A stretch of DNA of 64,000 nt from an uncultured Bacilli bacterium (GTDB lineage Bacteria; Bacillota_I; Bacilli_A; RF39; UBA660): NCBI GenBank assembly GCA_947624565.1, contig CANQKX010000004.1, positions 3,273 through 67,272 on the forward strand. Direction: 5' to 3'. Of this stretch, positions 57,727-64,000 are shown piece by piece. The notes under the pieces were generated by a model. That model was not told the DNA's origin. It did no database searches and was given only the letters and a program-made list of their open reading frames with translations. The first letter of the stretch is position 1, and the number at the start of each line of letters is the position of its first letter. The translations under genes were made by a program, and so were the position numbers.

Positions 57727-58806
57727 TTACTTAATATTATCTTTAACAAATTTAACTAAATCCTCAGCAGCATTTTTATTTATTATTTTACTTTGATTTT
57801 TTATCATTTCCTTTTGTAATTTTTTATCTTCCAATAATCTTTTTGTATTTTCTATTATTTCATCTATTGTATTTGAAACTAAACTTAAATTATTATCATT
57901 GAAAAATTTTGCATTATAATTTTCAACCCCAGGTATTGGCATAATATGTACCATTGGCTTATTTAAAACTGCAACTTCAGTACTTGTAAGTCCTCCAGGT
58001 TTAGTTAAAACAACATCACATTCTTTAATATAATCATTCATATTATGAACAAAACCCTTAACTATTAAATTGGAATTTTTAATCTTTGATAACTTTTTTA
58101 ATAAATTTTTATTATTACCACAAATTACAATAACATATGCATCTATGTTATCTAAAATTTTCCTAACTAATTTATTCAAATTTCCAAATCCCATACTTCC
58201 TGAAGTAACTAATATATTTGGTTTATCTTTTTTTAATAATAAATTTTTCTTTTTTTCTTTAAAATCAGTTGAAACTGGGATACCAATTGGGACCAAAATT
58301 TTTTCATCTATCCTTTTTTTTATAAATTCATTTTTCAAAGATTCATGTGGTATTACAAAATAATCTGGTTTTGTTTCATTCCAAAATGGAATATTAGTAT
58401 AATCTGTCGCTACATTTATAAGATTTATTTTAAATCCATTTTTCTTTAACGAAGTTATTGCCATTGATGGAAATAAATGTGGACAAATTACTAAATCATA
58501 ATTATTTTTTTTAATATAATCCAATACTTTATTTTTGCCAAGTTTATTTAATTCATATACGGGACTTATTAAACCAACCTTACTATAAGTTTCACCAAGT
58601 TTATAAACACCTTTAAATACATTTCCTTTTCCTTTAGTTGTTTTCAAATATATTTTTTCTATTCTTCTAGATAATTTATCACCAAGTATACTAAAATAAT
58701 CTACAAAATCACATTCTATTTTATTTAAATCAAATTCATTTTTGATATATTTAGCACAAGAATTATGTCCACCACCTGTACTACAAGATAATACTAATAC
58801 TTTCAT
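57727..58806 (-). CDS. GT28-family glycosyltransferase (MGDG synthase/UgtP-like diacylglycerol glycosyltransferase)
   Basis: The N-terminal MGDG_synth-like motif is KVLVLSCSTGGGHNSCAKYI. The C-terminal GT-B domain is present. Confidence 0.7.
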   Translation of the reverse strand: MKVLVLSCSTGGGHNSCAKYIKNEFDLNKIECDFVDYFSILGDKLSRRIEKIYLKTTKGKGNVFKGVYKLGETYSKVGLISPVYELNKLGKNKVLDYIKKNNYDLVICPHLFPSMAITSLKKNGFKINLINVATDYTNIPFWNETKPDYFVIPHESLKNEFIKKRIDEKILVPIGIPVSTDFKEKKKNLLLKKDKPNILVTSGSMGFGNLNKLVRKILDNIDAYVIVICGNNKNLLKKLSKIKNSNLIVKGFVHNMNDYIKECDVVLTKPGGLTSTEVAVLNKPMVHIMPIPGVENYNAKFFNDNNLSLVSNTIDEIIENTKRLLEDKKLQKEMIKNQSKIINKNAAEDLVKFVKDNIK

Positions 58807-59463
58807 CTACTCACTCCAATTATTATTAAACATATTATATAAATAATCTTTATTAAATGTTTTATCTAAAAACTTTTCATATGAATTACTTGGTTTTATT
58901 CCTTTTTCATATTCTTTTGCTCTTATACATGCACTGATTGTTAATGCTAAATCAAATACTAAAAAAACTAATAAAATAATAACAAGTTTCTTCCCCTTAT
59001 TTGTACATAATTTACTAATAATCTTTTCAATATATGGATAAATATATTTAATCCAAACTATTCCAAGTATTCCCCAAAGGCATGACATTAACAAACATAC
59101 TCTGCCATTTATATTTAAAACCATATCACTATAATCCCATGCAGTAAATCCAAGTATTAATTCCATTCCTAAACTCATAATATATTCCAAAATTGAACCT
59201 AAAAAGAAACTTATAAAAAATAGCTTAATATTTCCTTTGTCTTTAAATTTATATAATAAAAATGTTAAAGCACAGGCACAAATTCCATAACAAATATTAA
59301 ATGGACCAATTACAAGTGCAGAATGATTAATAAATACTCCATGAACTAACAAACTAAATACTACTTCATATATCCATCCAAAAATACTACCAAATATAAA
59401 TAACCAAAACATATCATAAAATCCTACTTTTTTATTTGTACTAATATCGTTCACTACTTTCAC
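58807..59463 (-). CDS. Polytopic membrane protein (hypothetical; possibly CmpB-like putative ABC-transporter type IV family)
   Basis: The protein is 218 aa with ~6 TM helices and the motif FGWIYEVVFSL. It is contiguous with the GT28 gene (stop 58807, start 58806). Confidence 0.4.
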   Translation of the reverse strand: MKVVNDISTNKKVGFYDMFWLFIFGSIFGWIYEVVFSLLVHGVFINHSALVIGPFNICYGICACALTFLLYKFKDKGNIKLFFISFFLGSILEYIMSLGMELILGFTAWDYSDMVLNINGRVCLLMSCLWGILGIVWIKYIYPYIEKIISKLCTNKGKKLVIILLVFLVFDLALTISACIRAKEYEKGIKPSNSYEKFLDKTFNKDYLYNMFNNNWSE

Positions 59464-59647
59464 CTACTACCTACTACTAATATATTATTACTAAAATTTA
59501 TTTAATTCAATAGGTATTATTAAAATCTGTGTATTAATTTATGTAAACTATAACATTTATTTACATCTTTTTGATTTTTATAATGAAATATAATATACAA
59601 ATTAAATAATTAAAAATATATAAAAAACTGATAATTAAAATTATCAG

Positions 59648-60178
59648 TTACAACATGTTATTTTGTTTTATCCAATTTTCAATTATACTTTTTGAATTAT
59701 TTACATCACTTCCAAAAATTGCAAGTCCTTCTTTAACATCTGCACCTAATGCAATCTTTTTAATTTCAGATACACTATTTGCAAGTCCACTACCTTCATG
59801 AGTTGTAAATGGCATTACAATCTTACCATCCCAATTTAATTTTTCAAGTTGTGTATATATTACCATTGGAGGATATCCCCACCAAACAGGATTTCCTACA
59901 TATATTACATCATAATTATCTATGTTATCTAAATAATTAACAAGTTCAGGTCTTCTATTATTATTCAATTCTTCTTTAGCAACATTGCAACATTCACTAT
60001 AATTATACGGATAACTTTTTAAAGGTTCTATCTTAAATAAATCACAATTTGTAATTTTTCTAATAAATTCTGCAACTACTTCAGTATTACCTTTATTAAT
60101 ATTCCTTATACCATCTTTCATATAATTTTCACCAGTATGTGAAAAATATATAACTAAACTTTTTTTATCACTATTCAT
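59648..60178 (-). CDS. Flavodoxin-family protein
   Basis: The N-terminus, SLVIYFSHTGENY, is of the Flavodoxin_4 type. The protein is 176 aa. Confidence 0.55.
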   Translation of the reverse strand: MNSDKKSLVIYFSHTGENYMKDGIRNINKGNTEVVAEFIRKITNCDLFKIEPLKSYPYNYSECCNVAKEELNNNRRPELVNYLDNIDNYDVIYVGNPVWWGYPPMVIYTQLEKLNWDGKIVMPFTTHEGSGLANSVSEIKKIALGADVKEGLAIFGSDVNNSKSIIENWIKQNNML

Positions 60179-60243
60179 ATACTTTTCCTTTCTTTAAATT
60201 TATCTGTTTTTAATTATTAATTTGAAATATTTATACATTTTTA

Positions 60244-61944
60244 CTATATAAAATTAAATTTTAAATATAAATTATATTCTTTATTATAATCTCTAATTAA
60301 AATTGTAGTCCTATCTTGAATATTTGGATTATCAGGTGAGCTACAAATATATAATTCTTTTTTATCTAATTCTATAATGGTTTCTACTAAAAAATTTTTA
60401 AACCTAAAATATAATTCTATAATATTATCACATTTTACTTTTTTAATATTTTTCAAATATGGATAATTATCGATTTTTATTTCTTTATCGAATATTAAAC
60501 TTGATATTAATTTTCCATCAATATGAAAAAAATAATCAATATATTTATTTTCTTTGCATTTAACATAAAATTTATCTTCAACACTATTTTGATTTACTTT
60601 TACTCTTCTTCTTAAAATACAATTTTCATATGCATTTTTTACTGTGACATCAATAAAATCATCTGAATAATCATTAACTTTACTTATACAATTTAAAAAT
60701 TGATCTTGACTATTAATTACAACAGTATTATGTGAATAAGTCCTTTTGTAAAAGTCTTTTGAAATATTACTTCCATATCCTGATGTTGATAAATCATGAG
60801 TAAAAAATTCATTTTTATATTTAACTTCTATATTTAATTTGTCAGGATGAGCATGAGATAAATCATTATCGCAATATTTTATAAATACATTTAAATCCCT
60901 TTTCTTTAAGTTTGAAAAACCAGTTTTTATTAAATGAACACTTTTAGATGAATTAGTATTATTTTTAATATTATTAATAATATCAGTAAAATAACCATCA
61001 AAAATAATATCAGCCTTCTTATATAAGTCTATATATTTAATTAGAAATAAATTAGGCCATCCATCATTTGGACTAGGTAAAGAACAATCATTAAAACTAA
61101 CATTATATATTTTCAATAACATATTTTTGGTTATATAATAATATCTCTTTTTTATTTTATAATTATACTTTTTTGCGATATAAAGAAAATCAATTATTGG
61201 TTTTAACACATATAAATGATAATGAAAAGAACCTTCATTCCAAAAATAATCTTTTGTTACACCTTTATCTAGTTGTTCATAAAATGAATATTTTGAATTA
61301 AGTGCAAAATCTATCATTTTTTTATTATTAGAAATTATACCCATCATACCTATTGAACATATTTCATAACACCGTATATTTTGTATCCTGTCAACCTGAG
61401 GTTTTAATAATTCATAAACTTTCAAAAATAAATTATTAAAAATATTATTTTTTAAATTCTCGGGAATATATTGTCCTACATTATCAATACAATAAACAAC
61501 TTGAATAAAAATACTTGCCTCATTTAAACCTTGTGCAGTTATTTTCCCACAATGATTTGATTTATTAATGTATGAATCAAAAATATTTCCATCCTTATCA
61601 TGAATACTAAATAAATCATAGTTATCACAATAAAAATTTAGTGCATCTACAATAAATTTCAAATATAATTTGTTTTTATTTTGTAGATAAAGTTCTGAAT
61701 ATCTTTGAATTCGATCAAATATTGAGTATCTATATTTTGTTATCCATGCACTTTTTCTTTTTTCATCTTTATACCTTTTATGACACATAGGACACTCAAA
61801 ATATTTACTATTATTAGAATCAAAAATAAGTTCTGAACCATCCATATCACAAAAATAATTATGATACCACCCACTCAACAAATTATAATCGTCAAAAAAT
61901 ATTAATTCATTATCAACTTTATCATTTTTGTCTAACTCGTTCAT
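60244..61944 (-). CDS. Heparinase II/III-like domain protein with an N-terminal zinc-ribbon
   Basis: The Hepar_II_III signature is HAHPDKLNIEV...YSHNTVVINSQDQ. The N-terminus has CDMDG...CPMCHKRY. Confidence 0.5.
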   Translation of the reverse strand: MNELDKNDKVDNELIFFDDYNLLSGWYHNYFCDMDGSELIFDSNNSKYFECPMCHKRYKDEKRKSAWITKYRYSIFDRIQRYSELYLQNKNKLYLKFIVDALNFYCDNYDLFSIHDKDGNIFDSYINKSNHCGKITAQGLNEASIFIQVVYCIDNVGQYIPENLKNNIFNNLFLKVYELLKPQVDRIQNIRCYEICSIGMMGIISNNKKMIDFALNSKYSFYEQLDKGVTKDYFWNEGSFHYHLYVLKPIIDFLYIAKKYNYKIKKRYYYITKNMLLKIYNVSFNDCSLPSPNDGWPNLFLIKYIDLYKKADIIFDGYFTDIINNIKNNTNSSKSVHLIKTGFSNLKKRDLNVFIKYCDNDLSHAHPDKLNIEVKYKNEFFTHDLSTSGYGSNISKDFYKRTYSHNTVVINSQDQFLNCISKVNDYSDDFIDVTVKNAYENCILRRRVKVNQNSVEDKFYVKCKENKYIDYFFHIDGKLISSLIFDKEIKIDNYPYLKNIKKVKCDNIIELYFRFKNFLVETIIELDKKELYICSSPDNPNIQDRTTILIRDYNKEYNLYLKFNFI

Positions 61945-63176
61945 ATTTCCTCCTCAGATAATTTGTTAGTTCTTATAAAATAAACAAATAAAATTATATA
62001 GAATATTATTGATATTGCAAATGTGATTTTTATAATATTAGTATTTTCTGACAAAATTGTATGTGATAAAATTGGTAAAAATATAGTAACTATACCTTCA
62101 ATAAATCGCTCAAATGTTACATATGATGTTTGCATTCGATCTTTTGAATTTTCATATATAGCAATATTATCAAATATTTCATATGATGAATTACCAAATC
62201 CTAGTAAAATATACACGATTGGTAAAAAATATATTAAATACGAATTGTCAATTGAAAATAATATTGTAAAAGCAGCAATAAATAGTATAGACATTGGTAA
62301 AATTAATTTTTCCCATTTTCTTTCTTTAGACTTAGCACTCCAAAATTTACTAGAAAATGCATCTGTGAGATTTAATATAACATTTAAGATGCTATAATAT
62401 ATATAATTAATTTTCAAATATCTTAGCAAAAAAACATTCAAATACATAGTTCCCATACCATATGCAAATCTATTTAATCCACAAGTTACCAAAACCCTTC
62501 TGAATTTTTTATCTTTTGCAGGAATTATTATATTATCTTTTATTTTTATTTTTTCTTGTATAATTTCAGGTTTATACGTAAAAACTTTAAGACAAATATC
62601 TATAAGTGAAATAATAAAAACTATAAAAAATAATATTATAAATCCATATAATTCATGATTATTTAAAGTAAACTGATTAAGAACTACACCCATAATTAAA
62701 CTGAACGCTAATACAATTGTATTTTTAATTGCATTTCTTGTTGAAGCAAATTTTGCCCTATCTTCTTTCTTAAGTAATGTCATGCGCCAATTAACAAATG
62801 TTATATATCCCATTTCACCTGTAATTGCATATATTGAAGCAAATATAAAAAAATATATTGTCCTAATAGATAAATTATCTGATATAAAAGGTATAATTGC
62901 AAAACACACAGATGAAATTCTATATATTGAATAATTAATCAATACTACTTTTTTTGATTGACCTATCTTTGAAAATAAAGGTGCAGCAAAAATCTGAATT
63001 ACATTAGTCATTGTATCTAACAAAACATATATTCCTATTGCAAAATCCCTAAGTCCTAAATATATAGCGAATGCAGATATAAATGAACTACTTACTATTT
63101 TATTATTTGCAGTATCTAATACTGATGATGCTAAATATTTTTTATATTCCTTTTTATAATTCATTAATATCACCAC
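61941..63176 (-). CDS. Polytopic membrane transporter (MFS-like, ~12 TM)
   Basis: The protein is 411 aa, hydrophobic throughout, with a central loop. Its stop overlaps the heparinase-like start. Confidence 0.45.
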   Translation of the reverse strand: MVILMNYKKEYKKYLASSVLDTANNKIVSSSFISAFAIYLGLRDFAIGIYVLLDTMTNVIQIFAAPLFSKIGQSKKVVLINYSIYRISSVCFAIIPFISDNLSIRTIYFFIFASIYAITGEMGYITFVNWRMTLLKKEDRAKFASTRNAIKNTIVLAFSLIMGVVLNQFTLNNHELYGFIILFFIVFIISLIDICLKVFTYKPEIIQEKIKIKDNIIIPAKDKKFRRVLVTCGLNRFAYGMGTMYLNVFLLRYLKINYIYYSILNVILNLTDAFSSKFWSAKSKERKWEKLILPMSILFIAAFTILFSIDNSYLIYFLPIVYILLGFGNSSYEIFDNIAIYENSKDRMQTSYVTFERFIEGIVTIFLPILSHTILSENTNIIKITFAISIIFYIILFVYFIRTNKLSEEEI

Positions 63177-63409
63177 ACAACAGATAATTATACTTTTATT
63201 AAAATAAAATATAACAGTAATTTTAAATACTCATTTAACTTCTTTTTATTTTCATATACATTTTTAAATAATTATAATTAATATTTTACTAATTTATAAT
63301 ATGATTATTTTATCATAATTTTTTATATTTTAAAACTCAAACTATAAAATTCACGGTTTTCATGACAATATTACACCTAAAGGAAAAAGTTCAACAATCC
63401 TTTTTGTAA

Positions 63410-63934
63410 TTATAATTCATAAATTTTTATTTCACAATTTTTAAGACCCCTATTTAAAAATTTGCCATCTTTAATTCCTTTAAAATAAGCACTAAATGCT
63501 TTGGATACTCCACTATGAGTAACTATAAGTACATTTTTATATTCTTTTTCTTTTAATTCATCTAAAAAATCCCATACCCTTTTAAAGAAAAGTTTTATAT
63601 TTTCTGATGTTCCGTATTGTATAGTTGTATTGTAGTTCCAATATTCTTCTCTATTAGTAACTTCAAGAGGTTTTCCGCTTAAATCCCCACAATTTCTTTC
63701 TTTAATTCTATCATCAAACATTATTTCTATATTATTAGAATTTATTATATTTGCAGTATGTTTAGCTCTAATTAATGGAGATACTATTATGATATCAAAT
63801 TTTATATTTTTTATTTTTTCTCGTAATTCTTCCGACTGTTTAATCCCTAAGTCGTTTAAATCTTCATCAATTATATTATATTGTCTTAAAGCATTATGTG
63901 GAACTTCTCCGTGCCTTGTAATATATACTTTCAT
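63410..63934 (-). CDS. Histidine phosphatase family protein (phosphoglycerate mutase-like)
   Basis: The N-terminus, MKVYITRHGEVPHN, carries the RHG catalytic motif. A second His lies in VTHSGV. Confidence 0.75.
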   Translation of the reverse strand: MKVYITRHGEVPHNALRQYNIIDEDLNDLGIKQSEELREKIKNIKFDIIIVSPLIRAKHTANIINSNNIEIMFDDRIKERNCGDLSGKPLEVTNREEYWNYNTTIQYGTSENIKLFFKRVWDFLDELKEKEYKNVLIVTHSGVSKAFSAYFKGIKDGKFLNRGLKNCEIKIYEL

Positions 63935-64000
63935 ATTAATTAGACTCCTTTTATTTTATTAATTTACATTAAAAACATAATAACATAAATTGAAACATTT

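Noticed and set aside
3721-62397. Other short antisense ORFs (3721..3939, 5560..5778, 14083..14268, 20256..20444, 36235..36426, 36525..36815, 40779..40964, 49854..50048, 51933..52238, 54014..54358, 55116..55313, 58070..58363, 62023..62397)
   Set aside because: Each lies fully inside, or antisense to, a longer motif-supported CDS, with no independent start signals.
1-64000. CRISPR arrays, rRNA or tRNA genes, and IS elements or transposases
   Set aside because: No regularly spaced short direct repeats were seen, nor any GC-rich structured RNA-like segments or transposase (DDE or IS200) motifs. The only recombinase is Xer-type. The tandem 822-bp and ~38-bp repeats are explained above.

Overview
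This 64-kb window comes from a very AT-rich, low-GC Gram-positive chromosome, most likely Firmicutes/Clostridia-like. The indicators are a Gram-positive-type PolC, a T-box leader on pheST, class-III (prepilin) signal peptides and Shine-Dalgarno sites of the GGAGG type. Almost all genes lie on the minus strand. Housekeeping content includes ppdK, a Xer-type tyrosine recombinase, a stomatin/NfeD pair, polA, pheS-pheT, a DUF368 membrane protein, polC, an ABC-F ATPase, fhs and a GH5 cellulase. It also includes Fe/Mn-SOD, a NifS-like cysteine desulfurase, topB, map, a CDF transporter, MntP, an SDR, a GT28 glycosyltransferase, a flavodoxin and a histidine phosphatase. I found no rRNA, tRNA, CRISPR array or transposase.

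Five unusual features stand out.
1. The left ~5.8 kb (1-5780) looks foreign, with visibly higher G+C across ~362-1191 and ~4331-5666. It carries two tandem paralogous small proteins of unknown family. It also carries a solitary HsdM-HsdS(single TRD) fusion methyltransferase with no R subunit, converging on a ParB-like gene and an XRE HTH gene.
2. A 987-aa protein has a type-IV-prepilin N-terminus followed by near-perfect 822-bp tandem repeats encoding GLUG-like modules. No pilus machinery is present nearby.
3. A soluble TraG/VirD4-like ATPase sits in a two-gene cassette with a MerR regulator. Near-identical ~38-bp palindromic repeats bracket the cassette.
4. A ~270-bp 3' fragment of a DUF362 gene is duplicated on either side of an inserted lipoprotein gene.
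5. Several secreted or membrane-anchored hypothetical proteins carry repeats or low-complexity regions.

All calls rest on motifs read directly from the translations. No database search was run.
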